Assembly: GCA_002269645.1 (NCBI GenBank)
Contig: NIVC01000709.1
Span: 372,001-436,000, forward strand
DNA: 64,000 nt
Source: Macrostomum lignano
Taxonomy: Eukaryota
Direction: 5' to 3'
Shown here: positions 46,401 to 57,267 of the stretch, piece after piece
How positions within the stretch are numbered: the first letter of the stretch is position 1
Layout: every line of letters begins with the position of its first letter
The notes under the pieces: model-generated
Database searches by the model: none
Told to the model about the DNA's origin: nothing
The model's input: only the letters and a program-made list of their open reading frames with translations
Made by a program: the position numbers and the translations under genes

Positions 46401-49400
46401 TTCTATAAGGCAGTCTAGGGGCGATTCTATAAGGTAGTCTAGGGGCGATTCTCCAAGGTGGCTCTCTAGGGGCGATTCTATAAGGCAGTCTAGGGGCGAT
46501 TCTATAAGGTAGTCTAGGGGCGATTCTCCAAGGTGGCCCTCTAGGGGCGATTCTATAAGGTAGTCTAGGGGCGATTCTCCAAGATGGCCCTCTAGGGGCG
46601 ATTCTATAGGGCAGTCTAGGGGCGATTCTATAAGGTAGTCTAGGGGCGATTCTCCAAGGTGGCTCTCTAGGGGCGATTCTATAAGGTAGTCTAGGGGCGA
46701 TTCTACAAGGTAGTCTAGGGGCGATTCTCTAAGGTGGCTCTCTAGGGGCGATTCTACAAGGTAGTCTAGGGGCGATTCTCCAAGATGGCCCTCTAGGGGC
46801 GATTCTATAAGGCAGTCTAGGGGCGATTCTATAAGGTAGTCTAGGGGCGATTCTCCAAGGTGGCTCTCTAGGGGCGATTCTATAAGGCAGTCTAGGGGCG
46901 ATTCTATAAGGTAGTCTAGGGGCGATTCTCCAAGGTGGCCCTCTAGGGGCGATTCTATAAGGTAGTCTAGGGGCGATTCTCCAAGGTGGCTCTCTAGGGG
47001 CGATTCTATAAGTAGTCTATTCTCCAAGGTGGCTCTCTAGGGGTGATTGTGATTCTCCAAGGTGGCTCTCTAGGGGTGATTGTGATTCTCCAAGGTGGCT
47101 CTCTAGGGGTGATTCTCCAAGGTGGCTCTCTAGGGGTGATTCTCCAAGGTGGCTCTCTAGGGGTGATTCTCCAAGGTGGCTCTCTAGGGGTGATTCTCCA
47201 AGGTGGCTCTCTAGGGGTGATTCTCCAAGGTGGCTCTCTAGGGGTGATTCTCCAAGGTGGCTCTCTAGGGGTGATTCTCCAAGGTGGCTCTCTAGGGGTG
47301 ATTCTCCAAGGTGGCTCTCTAGGGGTGATTCTCCAAGGTGGCTCTCTAGGGGTGATTCTCCAAGGTGGCTCTCTAGGGGTGATTGTGATTCTCCAAGGTG
47401 GCTCTCTAGGGGTGATTGTGATTCTCCAAGGTGGCTCTCTAGGGGTGATTGTGATTCTCCAAGGTGGCTCTCTAGGGGTGATTCTCCAAGGTGGCTCTCT
47501 AGGGATGATTCTCCAAGGTGGCTCTCTAGGGGTGATTGTGATTCTCCAAGGTGGCTCTCTAGGGGTGATTGTGATTCTCCAAGGTGGCTCTCTAGGGGTG
47601 ATTGTGATTCTCCAAGGTGGCTCTCTAGGGGTGATTCTCCAAGGTGGCTCTCTAGGGGTGATTCTCCAAGGTGGCTCTCTAGGGATGATTCTCCAAGGTG
47701 GCTCTCTAGGGGTGATTCTCCAAGGTGGCTCTCTAGAGGTGATTCTCTAAGGTGGCTCTCTATGGGTGATTCTCCAGGGTATTCTAGGCCCTTTAGGGGC
47801 GATTCTCCAAGGTGGCTCTCTAGGGGTGATTCTCCAGGGTATTCTAGGCCCTTTAGGGGCGATTCTCCAAGGTGGCTCTCTAGGGGTGATTCTCCAGGGT
47901 ATTCTAGGCCCTCTAGGGGCGATTCTTCAAAGTAGTCTAGGCCCTCGATTATCTAGTGGCAATGCAGGGCAAAGCCAAAGGCACAAACTATTCCTTAGAC
48001 AAAAGACAACTTGCCATCAGCCTTGCCAGCATTCTCCTTATCCTTGCTTTTGCCCTCTTGTGAGCCAGCCGCAGTTGAAGCCGATTTTTTTGTGTCTGCT
48101 GTGGTTGCAGTGACGGTAGACGCTGCTATGGTGGTAGTAGCAGAAGATCCAGCAGCTGTTGCGGTTCTTGAAGAAGATTTGAGGCCAGAATTTATTGTTT
48201 CATTGCGTTTCGAGCCTCTGTTGCTGCTTGCATTGTTGACAGTGGATTTGACTGATGAACTGTTGCTAGCCAATGGTGCGGCAGCCGTAGGCCCAGTGGA
48301 GCTGATAGAAGCCAAAGACGCATTTGTTTCTGTAGCATTAGAACTGATTGTCAAATTCGAATCTTGAGCAGCCAGGACAGTGCGATCCTTGCTCAGCGAT
48401 TCTGACAACAATTTTTTAGAAAATTTAAAGATTAGGCTTTTTAAGCTTATAAGCTAAAACATCTCCCAGAAATCATCATATAAAAAACCAACAAGCGACA
48501 AAACACATGACAAAACACTTTTGTCCTAAACAAGATGTTCAGATTCTAAATTTGTTAGTTTTAATTAATGGCAATTTGAAAAAAATTAAATAAGGGCTCA
48601 GCTATATTTGAGGTCGATTGAGGACATAGGACATTTTATCCTCAAACTTTTTATCCAATTTGCAATCCTATTAAATTTAAATTTAAAACTATACATGCAA
48701 CTTAATGTATGACTAAGCATTTCATGCCCATGTCTCCCTATATTTTACAACAAACAGGTAAAGGCAGTGATGGGCAATAGCGCCGCTAAATTTGAATTCT
48801 GCTAAAGCACTGCTAATGTTTTGTTGGCGCCGCTAATTCCGCTAAATTGAAATTTCAATTAGCATGCGCTATCAAAGTGCTGATAATATTTTCTTTTTTT
48901 CTTATTTTCTCTAGCACCAAATTCATTTTTTTGCTTTAAAACTGGATGGTTAATGACTGTTTAATACTTAAAATGAGACCCTATTTGAGTAATAAGTTAA
49001 AGATTACATAAATCCACCTAAACAAAATCTCAAACAAAGTTTCTAATTTTCTTAGAAATGCAAAAACGAAATTTGAATTTCTTTTTTTGCTTCAATTATC
49101 AACAATTAATCTTGTTCTTGTCATTGACTTTATAAAAGTTTTCTTACTACTTTTAATTTGTTAGCAAAAAGTTGTTGATTAATTTAATTTAATTTAATAA
49201 TTTAATCAAAGAATTTTATGTTAAACTGAGTTGATATTCTAAGCAATGATGCAAAGCAACAGGCTATATCAACAGGGTGATGGTGGGGTTAATAAATCCC
49301 ATACCACCATTTCAAGCTGATGATCTTGCTTTCCTTCTTGAGTATAAGGTCATGGCCCCAGTAGCAAGGGCCCTTGACATTTTTCATGGCAAATAGCAAT

Positions 49401-52400
49401 GTAATTTATGAACTCTTTCTATTAACTGTTGTTCTGACAGTTCAGTGGCTTGGGGATTTTTTATTAGGATTGATAATAAAAACAAGTTATTAGCAATAGC
49501 ATTATTAGCTTATTCATTTAAAACATGTGAGTAAAAATGGGCAAAATGCATAAATACATGTGAAACAACAGTTTATATTAAATGTATTTATTAATTAGCA
49601 CATTTCGAAATTAGCAGCACTAATTGCGCTAAATTCAAAGTAGAAATAGCACCTGCTATTAGCAATTGCTCATTTTTTTTCATTTATCAGTTAGCAATAG
49701 TGCTAATTTTAGTGGCACTAAAAATTAATTATAGCGGTGCTCATCACTGGGTAAAGGGCATATCAACTTGAGCTCATAAAGGGAAGCCCAAGTAACCTAT
49801 GTATACAAATGATATATTATTTTGCTCACAGAGACACCAAAAAATCTGGATTTGAAAAAAGGCAACAAAAATGGACTTGTAAATAATTTAGCTTTTTCTA
49901 GATTGTAAAAAAGATGTCAAAAATTCTGACATGCCAATATTTTTCTCTTATAATAATTAAATATTTTAATGTCTTGTTAAAGCCTTTAATCTAGATTATA
50001 TACTCAGCAACATCGAAAAGTCGCCATCACAGAAGATTCCGTCTGTGGTCGCCACTTTTGAGAGTGCAGGTAAAGTCTCTCAATTTTTACAAGTGACGCA
50101 ACTTAGCTACGCCACAGCAGACTTGAGTTGAGGAATGAAGTGGGGGGGGGGGGATGGTGTGCGAGGGTTGGATGGGTTAAAGCTACCCTAATCAGTTTTC
50201 TCATATCTTTTATTCAGAATAGTCCCAGAGAAACTGCTCACTGGTGGATAGAGTGGCAACTTTTCAATGTTGCCAAGTATATATAGGCCTGTAAATCTTA
50301 AAATGGGGCTATTTTTTATGGTTGCTGACTATTTCAATTGCTGTTAGTTGGTCTGCCACTCTTCCATCTAAAAATATAATAAATAGTCACTTGTTTGCTA
50401 CAAAATATTAACTATACTATAATTTCAGCATTATGGCATTAGAATAAGATAATTTCATGATAAGAAAACAAAAAAAATAAATAAATAATATATAATAAAT
50501 AATACATAAATAATAAATTATCCAATTAAGAAAATGCAGTCATGCTAACTAGATAGTTAAAATTTAAATTGTTGTCTTATATAATAAGCTATCACATTTT
50601 TCCAAAATATTAATATTATGATCAACAAAATTACATATACAAAAATGATATCTTACTATATTTTTATGGCTTGCAAATCATATCATAAAAAATAAGAAAA
50701 AAATAAGAAAAAATAAAATAATAAAATTTATTTTCTTTTTTTCAAAAAGTCATTTCATCTATTGGCAAACAAAACAGTGGCAGATGAACTGACCACACAT
50801 CTATTTTATAGACTAGATTAAAACTAAAAGGTAGGCCTAGGCCTAGGTAAAACAAAAATACAAAAAAATAAAAAAATATGGCAAAATCCAAAAATGTGGG
50901 ATAAAATAGTAAAACAAATCTGCAGACATTTGATAGAAGATAATGTATTAAAGAAAGCTTTTTAAAAGACAGATAAATATTTTAATAAGTTCTGGATAAA
51001 AACTATTGTTTTCATGCTTTATATCATGGAATAAATGAGTGAAAAACCACAAAAAAGGCATTTTACAAGTCCAAGTTGATTGCTTTACAATTTAATGTTT
51101 CATTTTTTCATTCATAAAAAATTAATTTTAAGACTTGTAGATCTTAGAAAAGGCACTTTTTTTACTACTTACAAAACAAATAGCATTCCATGTTTTACTT
51201 TTTTATTTTATTTAAAAAGATGGAGGATTTCTAAAGGATTTCTAAGTTTTTTGAAAACCACATTAACTGTAAAAATTGCAAAAATTCATACCAATTTAAG
51301 GTGCAAAGTTTGCTAGCAAACAACTTTCTCTAAAAGTAAATATCAACTTGTATAGTATTAGTATATGTAACATGCCAATATGTAGACTTAAAAATTTTAT
51401 CAGAGCTTCTATATAATAATTTCTAATTATTTCTATAATAATAATATATAATAATAATTTAATTAATTTTTATTTTTTATAAGTCATTTTAGACATAATT
51501 TTATTTACTGTTGCTTGTAACAAATCATTTTATTAAAGATAAGACTATATGTGAAGAATTTGTGCTTTTATAGATGTTTTTTACCTTTCTAAAACTAAAA
51601 TAAATTTATTATATAGCTTCATTGCTTTCAAATCACCAAAAAATGAATTTTCAAAAAACTTGCCCTCAATTTTTGGATTTGCCATAGGCCTATGTACCAT
51701 AGTCCAGAAGAGGGGTGGTATGCCAGATTAATCTAGCATACACTCATGACTTTTGGCGTACACTTGGCATACAATTTTTTACTTTTTAAAATCTGGCATA
51801 TTACCTGGCGTATAAAAATGCATATTCAAAAAGTGGCGTACATGTTCCTGCAGTTGCAGAATCAAATCAAAAAGTCTAAGAAAATAGTGTGCATGCAGTT
51901 AATAGAATCACATGGAAGAGTTCATGAAAAGTGAACAAAAAAACATAAAATAAGTTTTTTAAGCAATTTCAAGCTTTCTAGGTTTTTAGAGCTTGTAATA
52001 AAAATTTAAACAAATCTTTGCATGTATCAAGTTTCCACTATAAATAATATCAGCAAAAAAAGCAAAGTATTAACCAAATTGTTAGCTAAAAAAGGGTACA
52101 TTATACAATTTAAAAACAAAATAATTCATTGTTGCAAGGTAAAAAAGGTCATTTACTGTTGCAACACTAGTGCAGATTTGAAAGTAGGCATGCACTCAAA
52201 ATTTGGCGTACACTAGTATACCAAAAAAATTGTGAGAGATTTTAGTCCGGCGTACATTCAGGGTGTTCCGAACTATGGCCTATGTATTCCATATTGTATA
52301 TTAAAAATCAATAATAATGTAATATATTAGGTTTGCCACTGAAGTGAAACGAAGGCGCCGTTAGCAAGAGGATGTGAGAAATCAGCTGACATGCACGTGA

Positions 52401-54736
52401 TGCGTGAACAAGCATCCAGCCTTGGCAGCAACTCCCCAGATGCACAAGATCTGCATGCCTAAAAATAATCCTGATGATTAGCGAGCAAGAAGCCCAGCCA
52501 TGCAACCCTGGCGTGATGCATGCACAACCTCTGACCGACACTGCCTATTGGGCCTCGAAATCCCACCCTCTCCCCCTACTGCTCCTATTCCTCATTGCTC
52601 GCGTATAGTGTGCTAGCTTATAAAATATACTGATTGAAGAGGAAAGATCCTCGCCTGAAGTTTGAGAATGTGACTTTAGAGATCACACAGAGAAGGTCCA
52701 TTGTTCGTTGTCTTCTTGAACTGTTGGCAGAAGGAAATGATAATATGGGAAAAACCACTATAAATTGTCATTTCAATTGGTTCCACTGACTGTGTGAGTC
52801 ACCGCTAGACAGAAGTCTTAGACACACCATGCAGTTATCGCTCTGCTGCATGTCTTCAACAGCCATCCGAATGAATCGAGAACTGAGACTTTCCTGCCTT
52901 CAGTAAAGGAAAACTTCGAACTAGACAAGACCAATGGACGAAGATCAAGAAGCGACGCAGTTTACCCTTCCAAGAAAAAACTCTCGTTGAGAGATCTACA
53001 CAATCAATTTGGTCAAGACGGTATTTTTCTGATGTCCTATTTAACTGCAATGTACCTTCAGCCAGCATCCCAATCTGACTGTCTACCAGACGCTGTTTCA
53101 ATTTGTCGAGTCTCCGTGTCCAGTCCTATTTGCATCACTGTTTAGGGCATCGAAAAGCCCATTCAATTTGTCGAGTTTCCGAGTTCACGTCAATCCCCCT
53201 CTCAGATCTAATTAAAAAGTCAGGAGGATATGCTGGTACAATTCATCCACTGTTGCCACAAGTTCACTTTGCCCCTTGACCAAGTTTCGTGTTTCAACAA
53301 CATCAACTCAACTGCAAGTTACCAAGTGGGACTGCGTATCGCAAGCAAATGCACAACTGTACACCATGTCATCATTGCTCCAAGCTTATTTTCAACAGAG
53401 CTCGGAGGGCCTCGCTTTCCCGAAAAAAAGAGCAACTGAAGTGAAACGAAGGCGCCGTTAGCAAGAGGATGTGAGAAATCAGCCGACACGTGCGTGATGC
53501 GTGAACAAGCATCCAGCCTTGGCAGCAACTCCCCAGATGCACAAGATCTGCATGTCTAAAAATAGTCCTGATGATCAGCGAGCAAGAAGCCCAGCCATGC
53601 AACCCTGGCGTGATGCATGCACAACCTCTGACCGACACTGCCTATTGGGCCTCGAAATCCCACTCTCTCCCCCTACTGCTCCTATTCCTCATTGCTCGCG
53701 TACCAGACTCCGGATGGTATACATGTACGCCGGAAAATTCCGGCGTACAGAGGGACCTAGATTACACATTGGCGTACAACTTGGCGTACAAAGGCGCCTG
53801 ACGTGCCCTCTTGGCATACAGCTTGGCATATAGAGATTGCCAAGACCAGCAGGTGGGACCAAAAGTTCCGAGTCCCAACAATCAATCTACATAATTAGCA
53901 TACAAAAATGATTAAGTTTGCATTTGGCATAGTTTCCATGTACATAGTTACAGTAGCTAAATTTTGATCGGAAAGAATGGCTGGCCCTTTACGAAAAAAA
54001 CTGAAAACTAAATTTAAAAAACCGGGCTTAACCTTTCCAAGAAAGTAAAAGTAAAACAAAATTAGTTAAAATGAACTAGTTCTCTACAGTTTAGTAAAAA
54101 TATTTTCAGTTTTAACACATAGGTTGATTAAATATTAAAATTTTGCAAGCTTTTAATATTAGTTGTAATTTGTAATTTCTATTTTGGCGTATTTTTGTAT
54201 GCGATAAAAAGTTCGTTGGCGTACATTGGCGTGCATGAGCTACAGAAGCAATTTTCGTTCCGGCGTGAAGATCCTCGCCTGAAGTTTGAGAATGTGACTC
54301 TAGAGATCACACAGAGAAGGTCCATTGTTCATTGTCTTCCTGAACTGTTGGCAGAAGGAAATGATAATATGGGAAAAACCCATATAAATTGTTGTTTCAC
54401 CACCTAGCTTTGCCTTTGATAAAGTCTAGGCCTATTGAGTAATATATATAAATATATAGACCTGATTTTTATTTCATGCTCATTTTTAATTTTAATACTA
54501 AAAATAGATGAAAATGTTTACTTACCTTTGCTAATACTATTAGGTTTGGCCTTAGGACTATTGATATCATCCATTTTTGTTTTTTTTGTTTCTGATTTTG
54601 CAATAGCTGAAACATCTGGTACAGGATTGGTAAGCATTGGCTCTACATTTGCTGCAATAATAGCAACTAGAAGAAAAAAGCAAAGGATCTTGTGATTCTT
54701 AGTCAAGATATAATGTGATTTGTTCACAGCAGTCAT
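39106..54736 (-). CDS. TGN38/TGOLN2/KCT2-like type I membrane protein (380 aa). Exons 54736-54526, 48401-48015, 44075-43869, 43364-43186, 39264-39106
   Basis: Signal peptide ([14 protein letters not shown]), Ser/Thr-rich mucin-like luminal region, [23 protein letters not shown], then HKKQK|[10 protein letters not shown] (compare TGN38 HNKRKIIAFVLEGKR) and the YXXphi motif YKLL. Exons are phase-consistent and sum to 1143 nt. Intron 48014-44076 has a GC donor. Confidence 0.85.
39791..40476. mobile_element. Non-autonomous TIR element (MITE-like; Merlin- or MULE-type ends) with an internal (GACA)n array
   Basis: Imperfect TIRs of about 23 bp starting GGG, with an exact 12-nt core ACAAGCTCGAAA (39802-39813) / TTTCGAGCTTGT (40454-40465). 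The 8-bp direct repeat GCTGGTTC lies immediately outside both ends (39783-39790, 40477-40484). Confidence 0.6.
40870..43140. repeat. 23-bp minisatellite of about 2.3 kb (GAGCTGCCTGTCCCAGTGTGACT) in the last intron of the TGN38-like gene
   Basis: Direct inspection. Confidence 0.98.
43470..43848. repeat. 24-bp minisatellite (GATTCTTCAGAGACTCAGGTGGGA), TGN38-like intron 3
   Basis: Direct inspection. Confidence 0.96.
44372..47945. repeat. Array of about 3.6 kb: 24-bp GTAGTCTAGGGGCGATTCTATAAG grading into 27-bp GATTCTCCAAGGTGGCTCTCTAGGGGT, TGN38-like intron 2
   Basis: Direct inspection; source of the ESPLDYLI and VILQGGSLG artefact ORFs. Confidence 0.98.
48765..49749 (+). mobile_element. hAT-superfamily internal-deletion derivative (985 bp) with a decayed transposase fragment
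   Basis: TIRs CAGTGATGGGCA / TGCTCATCACTG (11/12). Perfect 8-bp TSD GGTAAAGG (48757-48764, 49750-49757). From 49307 the sequence reads [29 protein letters not shown], resembling the hAT motif FL.EY..VM.PVA.ALD.LQG. Confidence 0.88.
49997..50283. mobile_element. MITE of about 290 bp with 30-bp TIRs and TA(TA) ends
   Basis: TATATACTCAGCAACATCGAAAAGTCGCCA at the left end versus the reverse complement of the right end, TATATACTTGGCAACATTGAAAAGTTGCCA (26/30). Confidence 0.75.
51697..52278. mobile_element. Non-autonomous DNA transposon (582 bp) with an 8-bp TSD (hAT- or P-like)
   Basis: TIRs CCATAGTCCAGAA / TTCCGAACTATGG (11/13). TSD CCTATGTA at 51689-51696 and 52279-52286. Several subterminal TGGC(G/A)TAC motifs. 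Confidence 0.72.
52340..54399 (+). mobile_element. Small non-coding LTR retroelement (TRIM-like). LTR1 52340-52775, internal 52776-53436, LTR2 53437-54399 (interrupted by about 565 bp at 53703-54267)
   Basis: Direct repeats 52338-52605 = 53435-53702 and 52644-52775 = 54268-54399. Both LTRs start TGAAG and end TTTCA. 4-bp TSD CCAC (52336-52339, 54400-54403). TGGTTCC lies 2 nt after LTR1 (PBS-like) and the purine tract GAAAAAAAGAG lies just before LTR2. Confidence 0.75.
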
Positions 54737-56849
54737 TATGGAATATAATATTGGTCCAAAGCCAAAATGCAAACAAAAATCCAGTGTTATTGTATTGGTA
54801 GGCTATTAAATAAAATTTAGGCCTCTTGTTTAAACCTGTCCTGTTTAATGTATGGCCTTATCTTGGTTTACTTAAGAAGCAGCAGAAGCGGAAGCTCTGT
54901 TTTGAATTACAAATTTAATAAAGGTAGTGGCGCAGCACTAAATATAAGTAAATAAATAATCAGGTTGTCTTAATTCATCAGGCCTCTAATTTACTAAATA
55001 GAGAAGTTAAAATGGAAAGGATGTTAGGGTAGAATAATCCAATCAGTACAAAGGATGAATGGAAAAGTATGCGTGCACTTCTTATAGCCAGAAATGTGAT
55101 TTTCATCAACTGATACGTATCTCGATTTAATTAGTATTCTTTCTAAGAAAACTTCGAATTCGTAATTTTTTACGAAAGCGTCATTTTCAAGCCTAGAGTT
55201 TACTGATTAGCACTGCACTGTGCAGAATGTGTAACTATAAGTACGAGTGTATAACAACTATAGAATACTTTTCTAACCTCAGTGAAGATACCAAAAAGCA
55301 GTTTGTACGCACGCACTGGGACCGCTGATTATTTATCCATTGTCTACTTGCAAAACCATCCAATATACAATCAACCATTTTCGTATTGATTTGCGAATTC
55401 TCTGCTTTAACCTGTAGCTGCCTAGATTCTTCGCGCTTTAGGCCCCCATCTTTCTCTCTTGCTGGAGTGTTGTTCGGCTTTCACATATATACATGACTAA
55501 TCGAATCTATAATACCCCAGGTTCAGTCAAAGGTCTCGTTAATAACAAAACAAAATTACACTCTTTTATGCATGGTCTTGTAAAACAGAAGCCGTATCAT
55601 AAGGCCCGCCTCTGGACTCTATGCTAGAGTATCCAACGTCGCCGGGGCCGGAGATCCGTCGGATTTTACGTCGGGTTTTACACTTCTACTCGTATTAAGA
55701 CGGTGTAATGTAAAAAGTACTGTACTTATTTTCCAGCGACGCGTATACCGACGTTGGAAACTTCGGTCGACGTCACTCATGTGGAATTACTGTACGGGCA
55801 GTGCATATACACTTACATAATGTATGCACTGTACATTTAAACCTTTTGGCCCAGATGCAAAAGTACATTTACTTGTAAAATCCAACTGTACATTAAGCAT
55901 AGAACTTGACACTACGTGTAGTCAACAGCAAATGCTCTCTGTACATGTAATTTGATATGAATCAAGTGTCGATAAGTAACCGCACGTGTTCACACAAGTA
56001 AATAAACGCCATTTAAAGTAAATAAAGCTTCGTTTTAATCAGCACAGACAAAAAAGATTTCTATTGCAGAGAATGGCTGTATAATGTTATTCGATATAGA
56101 CGTAGGACAAAAGACGACAACACAGAGTTTTACTTGCATGCAATGGGGTGACGCAATGTCGCGAGCTGGATAAACGGTCAGGAAATTCGTTGAAGATTTT
56201 GCCCCGTGAAGATATTCGCACAGCAATAGAGAAAGGTAGCATGCGATGGCGTGAATGAATAAAAATTCGTTGCTAAGAAAATCTGACTAGCAAAGAAAGC
56301 ATTTTAATAAAAAATATCGCAGGTTAGCTTAAACCGAATGAGATTCTTCAGAGAGGTTCGTTCTAAAGGTTTCCGGTGTTAATAGAATGTGCTAAAACAG
56401 TGAAAGCAGTAATGTTGAAGCAGCAAGATGTGCCATATCAATATTGTAGCTGTCAGTCAGTTACGAATCCAAATACTGAACTATAAATAAAAAATCAGAG
56501 AAGAATATTGCAGCAACAAAACAATAATTATGCTACTCAAAACGCACTCAATATAACAATGCATTAAAACAATTTACGAATAACATTTAACCAAAACAAC
56601 ACGGGCATAAAACACAAAAACGCTGGCATTGTAAGCATTTGGTCGGCCCAGTTTAAGTGCGCGAAATACTGACGGATCAATGGAATTGCGGGCGGGCGGG
56701 CTGGGCGTGCGCAGCATGAGCACAGAGTGTACTTTGTACTGTACATTCAGACTTGCTGACAGCAGACTTTCGAGTTTCACCTCTGTCATTTTATATGGAA
56801 GAACACGTATAATGCAGCTCGGGTATTAATATGTTCAACTATATTTCAG

Positions 56850-57240
56850 GAACCTTCTGCTTTGGGAAAACTTTCAGTTTGGGTTAGCCTTCCGGTTTGG
56901 GGGAAAACTTCTGGTTCGGAGAATTTTCTGGATCGAGAAACTACCGGTTTGGTGAAACTATCGGTTTGGGAACTTCCGGTTTGGGGAACTTCTGGTTTGG
57001 GGAACTTCCGGTTTGGGGAACTTCCGGTTTGGGAAAACTTCCGGTTTGGGGAGGGAAACTTCCGGTTTGGGGAAACTTCCGGTTTGGGAAACTTCCGGTT
57101 TGGGAAACTTCCGATTTGGGGGAACCAATCTTTCGGTTTCAAAGTTTTCGGGGAAGGTTTCGTGGAATTCCAGTTTGGAAGAAAACTTTGTTTGCTTTTG
57201 AGAAATTTCCATAACTTCCGGGTAATTCTTGTTGGGGAGG
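56850..57240. repeat. Degenerate 16-17-bp repeat (GGAAACTTCCGGTTTGG) in the dynein IC 3' flank
   Basis: Direct inspection. Confidence 0.88.
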
Positions 57241-57267
57241 GAACTTGAGTCAGAGGGCGCAGAGCTC

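Noticed and set aside
40810-47750. ORFs of 873 aa (HTGTGSS...), 886 aa (ESPLDYLI) and 235 aa (VILQGGSLG)
   Set aside because: Stop-free frames of minisatellites lying inside introns of the TGN38-like gene.
53100-53200. Minus-strand peptide [15 protein letters not shown] resembling a P-element/THAP9 transposase motif
   Set aside because: Short, bounded by stops, and inside the internal region of the LTR-like element in the opposite orientation; likely chance.
54435-54695. 86-aa plus-strand hydrophobic ORF
   Set aside because: Antisense shadow of exon 1 of the TGN38-like gene, starting at a non-ATG codon.
55628-55762. 14-bp imperfect inverted repeat (AGTATCCAACGTCG / CGACGTTGGAAACT)
   Set aside because: No TSD and a very short span; cannot be distinguished from chance without a copy-number search.
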